Origin: Takakia lepidozioides
Lineage: Eukaryota; Plantae; Bryophyta
Direction: 5' to 3'
Assembly: GCA_030704615.1 (NCBI GenBank)
Contig: CM060733.1
Location: 72,974,001 to 73,038,000, forward strand
DNA: 64,000 nt
Position numbers and translations under genes: made by a program. Of this stretch, positions 1 to 12,350 are shown one piece after another. The notes under the pieces were generated by a model. It did no database searches. It was not told the DNA's origin and saw only the letters and a program-made list of their open reading frames with translations. Each line of letters opens with the position of its first letter. Positions within the stretch are counted from its first letter, which is position 1.

Positions 1-250
1 AGAGCCTACGAACAGATTTGAACCGGAGACCTTTCCCTGATATCTCTCATGTCGAGGCTTCCAACGACCAAAAGTACTTGAAATTCGTTTTAGCCATATC
101 TCATCATTTTTCTTCCACAGAGCCTACGACCAAATTTGAATCGGAGACCTTTCCCTTGATATCTCTCTTGTCGAGGCTCCAACCACAGTCCCACGAATGC
201 CCACTTTGCTATTTTTCGTGAATTTCCAGCGACCAAAAGTACTTGAAATT
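1..250. repeat. Two diverged ~120-bp direct repeats
   Basis: AGAGCCTACGA..ATTTGAA.CGGAGACCTTTCCC..GATATCTCTC.TGTCGAGGCT occurs at 1 and again at 119. Confidence 0.6.
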
Positions 251-494
251 CCACATCTCCCACACCGTAGGTCCAAATGCAACAGTCTCCGTACTAGATG
301 AAACGGAAATATTCTCAAAAAACTCAAACCTAACATTATCATCCGAAATGTTACTTGTAACTCTACTTGATGATCTTGATGTCGTTGAAGCCTCCCGGAA
401 CTTCTGCCATTCTTCCCAATCACGGAACTCTTCTTTCTCTTTTCGAATTTGATTCTTGTATATTATTGAGGTAAAGCAATTCATATGCCAAATG

Positions 495-1736
495 TTAGGC
501 CGAATCCAGAAGATTTGTAGAATCAAAATATGTTAAGGTAAAACTGCAAGTGTAAGACAATTTCAACATCAAATCCTCGAATAAATAATTAGTGGCATAA
601 ATACATATCAACGTAATCAGGTTATTTTTGTTGTGGGATCCAAACACGAGGATCAACATATCTTCCATACCAAGCCCAGTAGGCGTGGTCGCGACCAATA
701 GCCTTATGAGAACACTTTGCATGGTTCTCACTGACGTAATCAACAACTGTTGAAGCTCCAACCATCTCCGTTATATATGGCCACACTTCACCCAGCCTCC
801 TCCATTTTAGAAAAACGCCAAAAATACGCCCCACTCATCCTAGCCATCTGCCACCATGGCTGGTCCACCGGCCCCCTAACAGCCATTATTGCGGGCACTA
901 GAGGTGGTATCCACAATGCCAGTATCTTTGCCCTCCACAATAGTTTCAAAATTCCCTTTTCCTCTATACACAAATGCTTCAAAACTATCCACCTGACTGC
1001 GCTACGCTCCCTCACCGCTATTATTACCAATAAAAGGCAGCTTGAATCACATACTTCTCTGGCCCCTTTATACCCCACATACCCCAGGGGTTCCCTCCAG
1101 ATCCACCTGCCCATGGTTTACGGGGTGCCCTCCGGGCACCCACCAGCTTTTTATAGGGCCCACCCCCGAAAGGGGGCAGTAGCCGCAAGACGAAGTGGCT
1201 CTTAGTTACGCCGGCTTCGGTCGGAGTCATCTCTCTCTCTGACCACACTGCTTTTGTCATATCAGCCTAGTCACCCAAGCCCTTTAGTGATTGCTTGAAT
1301 GAGAAAAAGAACTATCCAGTATTTAGTGGGTTTCGGAGGCCCTTTGATGGCTCATCATCCACAAAGAGTATTGCCCCTGCCTCGCAAACGGTCTAGCAGG
1401 GAACTTGGCAAGAACACTGCGAATATCCTTAACGAGATATTTCATCCCGGGTTTGATGTAACCAGTGGTATCCTTGCAATCCTCAGCTGACTAGCTAAAG
1501 TAAAACTTCTTCGCAATTTCCGGCGGAACGAAACACTCCAACATCCTACGAACAACACCTTGTTCAACGCATGACCAAATCGCCACATGCATATGCGTCA
1601 ATGCAAGCTTTAGAAACTCCAACACTCCGGGCCGATGAACCACCAAAGTTCTGTCGGGAACTTGAATTGTAACATTCCTCGATATTCCTCTCTTGGGGGA
1701 CGCGATGGGAGGGCGGAGCGCCAGTCTCCCGCTCAA
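495..1736 (-). pseudogene. Degenerate FCP1/SCP (NIF) HAD-phosphatase-like fragment, interrupted by a LINE 3' piece
   Basis: VVHRPGVLEFLKLALTHMHVAIWSC (1491-1736) resembles the NIF 'RPGxxEFL...vaiWS' motif, and the same motif occurs at ~54470-54540. The rest is fragmentary. Confidence 0.4.
780..1240 (+). mobile_element. 5'-truncated non-LTR retrotransposon 3' end, same family as 6300-7812
   Basis: EKRQKYAPLILAICHHGWSTGPLTAIIAGTRGGIHNASI...ALRSLTAIITNKR closely matches the end of ORF 6728-7612, and the 3' UTR is shared. Confidence 0.75.
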
Positions 1737-3104
1737 CTCTCTGCTAACTCTTCCGCTAAACTGTTATTTTTAGGGTTATGCTATTTTTATCTCTAATCCC
1801 CGTGTTTTCTTTCACCCATGTTAGCAACACCCCCTGTTTAATGCCCACTAGCGATTGTAGCTATGCTCGCCGCCATAGCTTAAGTCCAAGCTTCTTTTGA
1901 TGCTGCGCACTGGGAGCATAGCTCAACCCCTTCGTAGTCCTTTCTTTTTACCTTCATCTTTCTGAGGCGCTTCTTGCATGTCATTTCTTGCAGGTTTCCA
2001 TGATGATTGTATATGTCAAAGTTTCCTAGATTTTCATGTGTTGTCCTTGTTGCTCACTCTCTGTGACTTCACTTGCAGAGAAGGGGTAAGGCTCCCCCCG
2101 ACCTTGGTGATTTTCAACCTTTTTGGTGGACTGTCATCTGAAGCCGTTGTTTTGTTTGAGCTTTTCGCATCAGATTTCATGCCGTCTTGCCACCCTTCCA
2201 CTTGCCTGCCTTTTCTTTGGCACTAGACGTTTGGAGGCCCACTGCCTCGCGTTGCGTTCTATTGGCTAGACACAGTTCCACGAGCCGTTTGATGCGATCC
2301 TTTCGACTTGTAGCAGTACAACGCTCTTCCTTGTCCAGCGCCCCGTCTTATGCTTGATGCAAGACTAGGCGATGTTTGTGTTCTTTGCCGGTTCGCCGTT
2401 CTTCTTGCTGTTCGCCTATTAAAAGCCGACAGGACGTGATAATGGCCTCCCTCAACAACAGTTGTCGAGCGGCTTTTACTCACCCATCCCTTAGCTATCC
2501 GAGGTGGAAACTCCAAGATAGAAGAGTTGGAAATCTCTAAGCACTCAGCCCGCTCAAAACAATCAGACATGACCTACAGCTAATGTATCATGGGGGTGCT
2601 TCCTATTTGTATTCCTTCTCGCATTCATATTAGCAAGTTACCTTATTGTCTATGATTAAGTATCAGATTGCTTCTGCAATCTTCCATGTTCCATCTACCC
2701 AAGCATTCATTCCACAGCTTCACTCAGGTTTTTTTACACAGTGTGAGTATGAAATATGTATTGGATTAATATCTATCAAGTATCAGGCCGAAGCCATGGT
2801 GTCTCTAATCTGCTCTACAGTGCATCTCTACAGCTTGCATGAATCAAGCAACATATCGTCGTATCTCCTCCTCTGTGTAATCTCCATCCCTGCGCTCCAG
2901 GTTCGTGTTCTCCACCTGATCTCCCCCAGTGAAGTCCAAGAAATGTTCTCAGAAGTCCCCCCTCCATGTTGCTACTCTGCCTATTCTACCTGCAAGCTGT
3001 TCTAACCGCCTAACTAACTAACTGTCATCCAAGACATAATGCACGTTCCCTGTGCAGATGTCGTTCCTACACAGTCGTTCCCTGCCAATGATAACCGTTC
3101 CCTG

Positions 3105-3385
3105 TGAACGCTGTGACGGGCTGTGCCAAGCTGTGTCGGGCTATGTCTGTGCCGAGCTGTGACTGGCTGTGTCAGGCTGTGTCGGGCTGTGATAGACTAT
3201 GATAGACTGTGACTGACTGTGATAGGCTGTAATAGGCTGTGTAAGGCTGTGTCAAGCTGTGTAAGACTGTGACAAGCTGTGTCAGACTGTGTCAGGCTGT
3301 GACAAGCTGTGTCAGGCTGTGACTAGCTGTGTCAAGCTATGACTGACTGTGATAGGCTATGTAAGCCCGTGACTGACTGTGTGAG
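3105..3385. repeat. Degenerate ~10-bp minisatellite (CTGTGTCAGG / CTGTGACAAG type)
   Basis: Tandem (G/A)CTGTG-N4 units are directly visible. Confidence 0.85.
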
Positions 3386-3504
3386 TCTGCCTACCACCCC
3401 TAAGGCCTGTGTCTGTCACCCCTAAGGCCTCTGTTGGTCTGAGTCTACCATCCGTAAGTCTGCGCAAAATTAAGGGTTTGACAAAATGACTGAACGAGAT
3501 GTGG

Positions 3505-3570
3505 TCTGATGGTGTACAATGATAGATGGATATGCTGAGCATGGGTGTGGTATAGAGGCTTTCAAGAAAT
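3505..3570 (+). pseudogene. PPR motif fragment
   Basis: MIDGYAEHGCGIEAFK is typical of a PPR P-motif helix. Confidence 0.45.
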
Positions 3571-4554
3571 CACTTCATTGGAGGACCTTGATTGAATATT
3601 TTACATCTGATGAGATTGATCACAATAGGCTGCTAGGGAAGCTACTTGATCAAGGTGGTGCTAACTGCCTTATGCTGAGTGATGTCAGGGACTCGACTCT
3701 ACTGCCACCCACCCTGTTCCATTCACGTGCCTCTTCAGGTTTTCATAAGATGTTCCTAATCTGACCTACATGCCAGAAGCGCTAAGGCAAGGACATACCA
3801 TACTCCAGCTTCCAAATGTTGCCTTCTTTGTCGTGGACAGCCTACTGGTTTCTCCATCAGAATTTCATTGCTTACCAAAAGTCATCAAAAAGTTGTATGG
3901 ATCTATTCTTGTGTCGCTGGGCAACTCTGCTGCTTCGCTCTCCAGTAAGAAGATTGCGGTGACCCGACAGCTGAAACGGATGCAAATCACAGCCCAACTA
4001 TGCTGCTCCCATGCAATGGTGTCACCAATCTTGTCTGTTCGTACAAGGCCGGGCAGAGAGGCCCTCATTTTCAAGAAAAATGCTACTACTGCCAACCCCC
4101 TAGAGCAGTTTCCCCAAAACCAGCACAAGACCAGCCCACCAGCTAAGTCCCTTCCCCCAACTCTTCTTAGAAACACGTACACTATCCCCTGCTGCTTTTT
4201 AACCAGTACTTCTGAACACCGCACCCCTCACTCCACTCTCTCGAATAGCAATCCATGGTCCCTGGTTACTATGCACCCTCCAGCTTTGATCTCTCCCCGC
4301 CCCAGCCCTCTCATTTCTATGGTTGGTACCTTGTCCCCAAGTAGTTGGCTTGGTTAAACCTATGATTGCTCCATTTTCTCCATCATGGCCCCACTGGCCT
4401 TCTAATTTACTGCTCACCTTGTTAAAGGGCTGCTGCTCCTATTGCCTTAGCAGCATAGACACCAATTTTCATGCAAATTGGGATGCTCGCTACTTGTACA
4501 CTTGCTTCTTGGACACCAGCAACAAGACCTGCACTACTTCTACCCAGACTGCGA

Positions 4555-4735
4555 AAGCTGGAATTGCACGAGATGTCATTCTAGAGACTGCCCTCGTGGA
4601 CATGTATCACAAATGCGGGAGTATAAATGATGCATGTCAAGTTTTCAATAATATGGCCCGACCAGATCTGGTCTCATGGAACTCCATGATTGCTGGATAT
4701 GCTCAACAGGGGTTGGGTACAGAGGCTTTGCAGAC
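4555..4735 (+). pseudogene. PLS-class PPR gene fragment
   Basis: GIARDVILETALVDMYHKCGSINDACQVFNNMARPDLVSWNSMIAGYAQQGLGTEAL matches canonical S and P motifs and is truncated on both sides. Confidence 0.85.
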
Positions 4736-6299
4736 TTATGGTGGGCCAGCGGAGAGAAGCCACTGGGGCGTACAAGGGGACCACTCTCAAAGTGCTCACA
4801 GCTGCCTACTGGACATTCATTACATGCACAATGGCCATATAACTACTGCCCTCCCAAGTGCCATCGCTCCATCTCACGTGTATTCATGGGTTGGATTTAT
4901 CTTTACAAAGCTCTGCTCCCTATTTTACTGCTGCTAAGCTGCATTTCAGATCTCCCATGGGTCTGGCCATCTCTAAGTATGTTCGCTGGCCATATCAGCC
5001 AGCACACTTGTCTCTCCACAACCCGGATGCTTCAGCCAGGTGCACTCGTTCCACCCTATCCCTTTGCTCAATTATGAAACCGCATGGTATTTTGCTCATG
5101 TGCTCTTCCTATCACTGTTTGCTTGCATGTTCTTTACTTATACTCCCTCCTGCTACCCACACCGCTGATACCCTTCAAGTTGTCTCTATTTTGGTCCATG
5201 GAATTCACTCTCTTACATACCCGGTTGTTCTCCCCCATGATAGTATAGGCCCGATTCGCACTACTATATGCAGCTATGTTTGCCACGTAAATCCCGCCGT
5301 TGTTTTATTCCCACACCACCATTCTCACTGGATGCACTCACATAACATTGCCTTTGATCCCATAACACCACTGTATCATCTCACTCACCCACTTCTTGAT
5401 GCAGGTTGCAGGCTTATCTGCATACCCCCATGTACTCGCACACCACCAACAACATTGACGTTCTTGACCCCACTCGGCTATGAAGAAATAGCATATATCA
5501 AGGATGCCATACTGAATCTCAGATGTTTAGTAAAGTCACCTGCCTTTGACCACATATGCGCCGACACTCCGATGGGCACCTCAACACCCACACCACCAGC
5601 TCCCCTATTTGCTTCAAGCGTCCGCTATACAACACATCCTAACTATGCTTTAATTATCAGTACACAGCCTGACTGTTTTTTAAGTATGAAGTTGCTTGGC
5701 TGTTACCCCCAATTCATATTCTTTTATAACTATTTTTTTATATACCCATCTGGGGTTTACTTACTACTGGATCCAATCCAGCATCATATCATCACACCGC
5801 TCCCTCACACTACTTTCTCATACCACTCCCACAAAGCACATTCTCATACTACATCACCAAACTGATGACACATCTACATACATTTCCCAACTAACTGACA
5901 TGCCATTACTCTCCCTACGCGATACTGTTATACCACTTCACACAAAATACACTCTCACCACTTCGACAATATATACTCTAGACCCTATACCATACCCGAG
6001 TTGTACAGTATACCCCATACGTTCACTACTTTTATACAATATCCTGCTTCACATCCCCAGACCACTACTCCAATCTTACACTACTATGGTGCATGTTTAG
6101 CTCTGAGGAGTTTGCTGTCAAGGCTCTGAAGTATAACACTCGCAAGTCCCGCTACCGAGTCCTCGCACACTCAAATACCTCCTAACGGATACACATGGCA
6201 TGATGGCCACAACATTCCCTATCCCCCCTCACCAAACTCTTGCCTCTCGCCTCTACCCTAAAATGCCCAACTCCAAAACATGGTCTCATATGATCGTCC

Positions 6300-7812
6300 G
6301 CCCCCCCCATCACTGTCCGCACCAAACCCCCGACAGCCCAGATGGACCTCCCCCTCAGATACCCACATGCCAACTCCCACTACACCGACGGATCCCTAAT
6401 AGCCGGCCCTCGGGCGGGCTATTGTATCTACCACGCCGCTACCAACCAAGGCGTCTCTCTACGCCTTCCTAGCCTAGCCACGATCCTCCGTGCCGAGCTC
6501 ATGGCAATTGATGCCCTCACCCAACTCTCCTCATTCTCCCCACCTCACTATATCTTCACCGACAGTCTGACCTCACTCTTCCTCATCTAGAACCACCTCT
6601 CCCGACCCTCTCACCACCACCACTCGGACCGAAACCTCATCGCTGCTATAGTTCATCTCGCTATTTCCAAAACCAACCCATCTACTTTCTTAAAGTTCGC
6701 TCACACACTGGCATCACAGGCAATGACATGGCTGATTTCTTTGCCCAGCAAGGAGCCACACGGCCCGAGGTAGATCCCACCTTGGATCCCATACATGTGG
6801 CCCATACATATCCATTCTGGTTCATACACCCAGTCCCTGGCCCCATGGAGCCCCGCCCCGTCCGCAACCTAAAAACCACCATTACACGAGAAGTTGACAA
6901 ACAAGCCCTGACATCCCATAGTCACTCTAAACTGCATGTCCAGAAATGGACTCAATCCAAGGTGCTCCACCATAAGTTGTCTAATCACTTCTGGCACATT
7001 TGCCTCGCCACCGATGCCCAAATCAGACAGTCTCTCAAATTCCGATACGCCCAATACATGGGCCACCAGCGCAAACACATCGTTGTCTGGCACATTCAAA
7101 AACTACTCTTCCGCTATCCTGAGACACGCTGGTTTTCACTCATCAATGCCGGAACCTACCAGGGGAGGCCCCCTGACCATACAGTACCCCGCTGGCTCCT
7201 ACCCTGTACATGCAGACCGTCTACCCCCTGCACTTGCCCAGCCAGACTCTGTCCAGACGTACTTCTAGTACACGGGCTACCCATAGATGCCCCACCGCCC
7301 AGTTCCCCGTCCTCCAACCTTACCATACACTTTATTGAATTTACATATTGTAACGACCGCTACCTCGGCCCATCCATGTTGGAAAAATGCCAAAAGTATG
7401 CCGCACTCGTTTTAGCCCTTCGTCGTCGTGGCTGGTCCACAGGCCCTCTCACGATCATTACAGCCGGAACTAGAGGCGGCATTCACAACGCCAGTATCTC
7501 TGCCCTCCACAATAACTTTAACCTTCCTATCACCCCTATCCATAAGTGCTTCAAAGATATCCACCTGAACGCGCTACGCTCCCTCACTGCTATTATCACT
7601 AATAAAAGATAGCCTGAAAACCACATCTCATAGGCCTTTTTGTCACCACGGGCACCCCAGGGCCCCCCCTGGGGTTCCCCTCCGCTCGCCCCTGGGTTAC
7701 AGGGTGCCCTCCGGGCACCCACTAGTTTTAGTAGGGCCCATCCCTGAAAGCGGGTAGTAGCCATAAGGCAAAGTGACTCTTAGTTACGCCGGCCCCGGCC
7801 GGAGTCATCTCT
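6300..7812 (+). mobile_element. Non-LTR retrotransposon 3' portion with RNase H plus a C-terminal restriction-like endonuclease (Dualen/RandI-like layout), degenerate
   Basis: RNase H motifs YTDGS, RAELMAI, IFTDSL and KVRSHTGITGNDMAD. RLE motifs RLCPDVLLV...IHFIEFTYC...KCQKY. Internal stop at ~6588. The 5' boundary is unresolved. Confidence 0.75.
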
Positions 7813-7819
7813 TCTTGAT

Positions 7820-8640
7820 AGACCACCGCACCACTTCTCGGGATCATCCTGAGGCCGATGGCTTAGCAGAGAGAGTTGTGTAGACGGTGAAGAGGGGTTT
7901 GCACAAGTATGGCTTGCGGAAGGGACACCTAGGAGATTGGGATCTTCAGGTACCTTGGTTAGCCATGGGCTACAGGTTCAGCAAGCAAGCATCACTTGCC
8001 TCCTTCTCATCATATTTCCTTCTCTTTGGTCGAGAGCCAGATTGCCTACAGCCATTCATATGGACACTGCTCAAGTCCTTAACCTTGACAATCTGGACGC
8101 GTGGGTACATGCATGTGATCAGCGTGCAGAGTTGTTCAAGAAAGTCATGCCCATGACCTTGCCATTGCACAACACTGTGATACGTTGAGGTATGTCACTA
8201 TATGTGGTGGAGTATATCGTCCTGGGGTTCAAAGGTTTAGCCTTGGTGACTATGTTTATTTGCAACAGACTGCTCCTACGACCCTGGATGTCACTGCAGG
8301 GCGTGTTATTCTGAGGGTTTGAGAGGTGTTGCCCTCAGAAGTCCTGATCTTGGAGGGTCGGGATGGCATGACTTGGAAGGACCATGTGTGTAATTGTGCG
8401 TCATGTCACCTTCGCAATGTCGATGGCAGAGTTGACCCAACTTGGTAGTGGTACCTGCAGGTTGAGGTGCATGCTCTGTGGGTCTGCCAAAGAGGCAGCC
8501 ACCATGCTGGTGTGTGATTGATGCTCAAGAGGTTGGCACATGGGATGCTTGACACCACCTCTTGATAGGGTTCCTAATGGAGATTGGTTATGTCCATACT
8601 GCTTGGGATAGTGGCAGTGGATATGACTAGTGGCAGCTAA
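7820..8640 (+). mobile_element. Ty3/Gypsy pol 3' remnant: integrase C-terminus plus PHD finger
   Basis: DHPEADGLAERVV*TVKRGL...WDLQVPWLAMGYR...FLLFGREP (integrase). CMLCGS...[31 protein letters not shown] at ~8468-8603 (PHD). Several stops. Confidence 0.8.
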
Positions 8641-8871
8641 CAAGACATGCGGGGCCGAGCTCATAGGAGTCAATACACAAGATCCCAGGCTCAAGTTCAC
8701 AGGTTGCAAGACGGCGACTAACGATGGGGCAACTCTTGCACCCGACCTCTTGATCTATCGAGTTTGAGTGTAGTAGGGACAATGGTGGAGGACTTAGTGA
8801 GGCTACGGCCACTATCACATCTTGTGGCTACCTGGAATTAGAGGGACCTAAGCGCCAGCTAGGGGGGCGAT

Positions 8872-9151
8872 TGTGATGGACTAGCGACAGCCTAGTGGTG
8901 GACTAGTAGCTACACTAGTGGCAGCCTAGTGGTGCACTAGTGGTGGACTAGTGATAGACTAGTGTGTGGTGTGCACATGTGTTGTGTGGTTGTGGACAAC
9001 GATGTAGTTGTGTAGCGATATGTATACGCACGACAGCTGTCAAGTTATTTTACCACTAGTGTTAAACTAACTAGAAAATAGTTAGTTTTTATATATATTG
9101 ATATTTGGGATTGGCCCAAGTGTCAATCCAAGGGCCAATGTATGTTTAGGC
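8872..9151 (+). mobile_element. 3' LTR of the Ty3 remnant, first part (continues at 22501-22707 after element A)
   Basis: Polypurine tract AGGGGGG at 8861-8867, then TGTGATGGACTA. The LTR ends TTTATCA at 22707 and is rich in CTAGTGGTG repeats. Confidence 0.7.
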
Positions 9152-11749
9152 GGGGGCTGCTATTTCATGAGCGGCATGAGCATGAGCGGGAAAAAAAAAA
9201 ACATGAGCGGGCCATTGTCTGTCCACGGAAATAGGGTTAGGAGGCACGGAAATAGGGTCATGTGGACTCGTCATAGCAATGAAATGCAACATTTTATTGC
9301 AAATTTTGTGGCAAGCCACGTCTATACAAGTGTGTCCTACCTGTCATAGCAGGAATGAGAACTACTCTCCTACACCTTCCGATGAACTTGGCCCTCCTTC
9401 TTCCTCATCCCCCTCATCCCCCCCATCCTCCGAGCTCTGTGATGCATCGGTTGCAGTATGCCTCTCAAAAATGTCGTCCTCTCCTTGGGGGACTGTCCAC
9501 CTCACCTCCTGGGAATCTTCTGCCTCTTCTCCCCCACTTTCCTCAGCAGAATCCAAGACAAATCTACGAGCCCGACGGGCTCTAATAGCTGCTGCCTCCT
9601 CCCTCATCTTCATTTTCTTGAGGCTTGCCTCGTCTAAAATCTGCTGTACACGACTAGGTTCGGAACACCTCCTAATGGACACCGAAGCAAGCCGGGCAAC
9701 ATAAGTAGGAAGGATGTAGTCCCTTTCTGGACTAGGCATGAAATCCCCCCTGGCAAAAAAGGCACGTTCCTCCTGCCCATGAACTCCGGTGTAGACGTCC
9801 CTCCTGCCGTACTTGGCATCCTACAGTAAGAACAAATCCACTTCAAGAATGTCAATACCAGCAGAAGCAGAAAGGGTTTTCAATTAAATAAGAGAGCGAA
9901 GGGAGGTGCCTCACAAAATTTGGAGGCAACTTACAATGCGACCACTCACTCGTACACCGGGGGCTCCTCGGCCTCGATCCCAACTTGTTCCTCCCCCTGC
10001 TCCTTCTCAGATTTTCCTCATCCTCCGAGGATGCCTCTTCCTCTTTTGGCAGACGTTCAGCCGCTGCAAGTTCCGAGTTGTGGAGGGCAGTATCTGGCTC
10101 GAAGGCAAACACATGCCTGTCGGACAACGTCCCTGCCCACATTGAAGCACCTGAGGAACAAAGCGGGTGGTTAATAGCTTGCGGCATGCAATTGCAATCG
10201 GGCCAGGGGACAAATTGAGCACGTGAAGGCTTACCCGTGCTGCATGTGAGGTCCAGAATCCGCCCTTGGACATCCGAGCACGTCTCCATGAGGGTTTGGA
10301 TGAAAGCAGGGCTCCGGGTCCGGCTGTACCGCCATGGTTTGCCTGTCTTTGTGTCCTTCGGCATACTGGAGTGGGGCACATAGTTGTAGAGGACATCGTA
10401 GGTAACAGGGTCCACAGCAGCATCAACAAGACGACCGTCGTTGCGGAATTTGAACGTAGACCCTCTCTTCACAAAGCAATATGCCTCAAACACCAATGTC
10501 TGCACATCCAACAAAAGAGGGATCAACTCCGGGATCTAGTTTAGATACACCACAATATGAGGTGAATGCAATAGATTGATAACTTACACTTTGGCCCTCT
10601 GTTCGACCCATGTGTATTGATGCAGAACCATTTTCTGAGGAGGACCGGGGTGACATTTTTCGGTGTCCATCTTGCCACCGCATTCTCTGTGGTCTTCCCT
10701 CTTGTGGCAAGGACAACCACACATCCACCGTCATCCAGGAGCATCCCCGCCAGCCCAAACCCGGCTTTCCAGTAGTCCTCAGTAAACCTGTTCCAAGTGG
10801 GCACACCATCCAGGCCCTCCAGCAGCTCCCCATCTGGAATGTCGAGGAGAACCATATCGCAAGCTCTCTCCACCTCAACCCCCCCCCCCCCCCCCCCCGA
10901 GTGCTCTTGCAATCCGTGCTCACAACCGTGAAGAATTCCATCATGGCTTCAAAACCAGGGGTGTCTTTAGGCTCTGTACTGGCAGCCCTCTTCTTGGCTT
11001 TCCCCTTCTGCTCCGCCAGAGACTTGCTGTGTTCCACCTTCTTCGCCCTGGCAGCGAGAGCGTCAAGGAAGCTCTCATTGACGCATTGGATGATGGTTGG
11101 AGGTTCTAGCTTTGGCCTGTGCGTAAACGTCACCGCCAAATACCGCCGTGTAGGCTCGCCCTCAAATGCCAACTTCTTGGCAGAGCCAGTCCCACTCCAA
11201 ACTGACTTGGGAACCCGGACGACCGGTGACTTGGTAGCAGCAACAGCAGTCGCAGGACCTTGAACAAAGTCGTCGTCCGAGTCACTCCCTTGGGTCCCCT
11301 CCTGCGCCTCCTCCGATGCCCCGATGGTTTTCTGTTTTTTGGGTGTTACTGTACTCACCTATTTCCTTGTCCTTTTCCTTTGGCCTTTATTCTTCTCATT
11401 CAATTTCTCCTGAATTCCTTCCTGAGCAAGCTCTGCCGCTTTCCTGGAGTTCGCAAGCGCTTTTGCCTCTTTTGCACCCAGCGGAGGCAGCGGAGCCCGG
11501 TTTCGTCGGGCCTCAGCATCCAGCTTCAATTGAAACTCGGATGGGTCAAGCGAGCCGGGCGGAAGGTCCACATACCAAGGGCAATCATGCAAATGTTCCA
11601 GATGCCACTCCTTCACAATATCGTCAGTGTACATGGAGTCAGCCCCAGGGTTCCTCCATGCCAGGAAGAATGGTGGCTAGAAAGACAGATGACCGTTCTC
11701 CAAAAGGGAGAACTTGCAGTACCTGCATTCATGAAAAACACAATGAGGT

Positions 11750-12350
11750 CCCTGAACTGCAAATTCGGCACCATTTTCCCAGGTTGGGGCGGATCTGACT
11801 GGGCCTAGAAATGGAAAAATGGCGCCGAATTTCGGTTTTCGGTGACTGCCACCCTAGGGACTTAGCCATCTTGGGAGCCCGGAACTGGAAATTCGGCGCC
11901 ATTTTTCCCGGTTTGGCCTGAAAATGGCTAAGTTCCAAAACTGCCAGGGCCTAAAACTCGAAAAATGGCGCCGAAATTCGGTTTTTTGTGCCAGCCACCC
12001 TAGGGACTTAGCCATTTTCGGAGCCCTGAACTGGAAATTCGGCGCCATTTTCCCATTTCCGGCCCAAAAATGGCTAAGTCCCAAAACGGTAATAGGGCCT
12101 AGAACTGGAAAAATGGCGCCGAATTTCCAGTTCAGGGCCAGCCACCCTAGGGACTTAGCCATTTTCGGAGCCCTGAACTGGAAATTCGGCGCCATTTTCC
12201 CATTTCCGGCCCGAAAATGGCTAAGTCCCAGAACGGTAATATGGCCTTGAACTGGAAAAATGGCGCCAAATTTCCAGTTCAGGGCCAAGCACCCTAGGGA
12301 CTTAGCCATTTTCGGAGCCCTGAACTGGAAATTCGGCGCCATTTTCCCAA
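11750..12350. repeat. Intronic tandem array in A containing AAAATGGCGCCGAATTTC sites in alternating orientation
   Basis: ~150-bp units CACCCTAGGGACTTAGCCATTTTCGGAGCCCTGAACTGGAAATTCGGCGCCATTTT at ~11850, 11996, 12143, 12290. Confidence 0.85.

Noticed and set aside
4858-6100. 335-aa and 134-aa ORFs upstream of the RNase H
   Set aside because: No recognisable motifs and compositionally biased (C/A/T-rich). Possibly LINE-associated sequence but not assignable.
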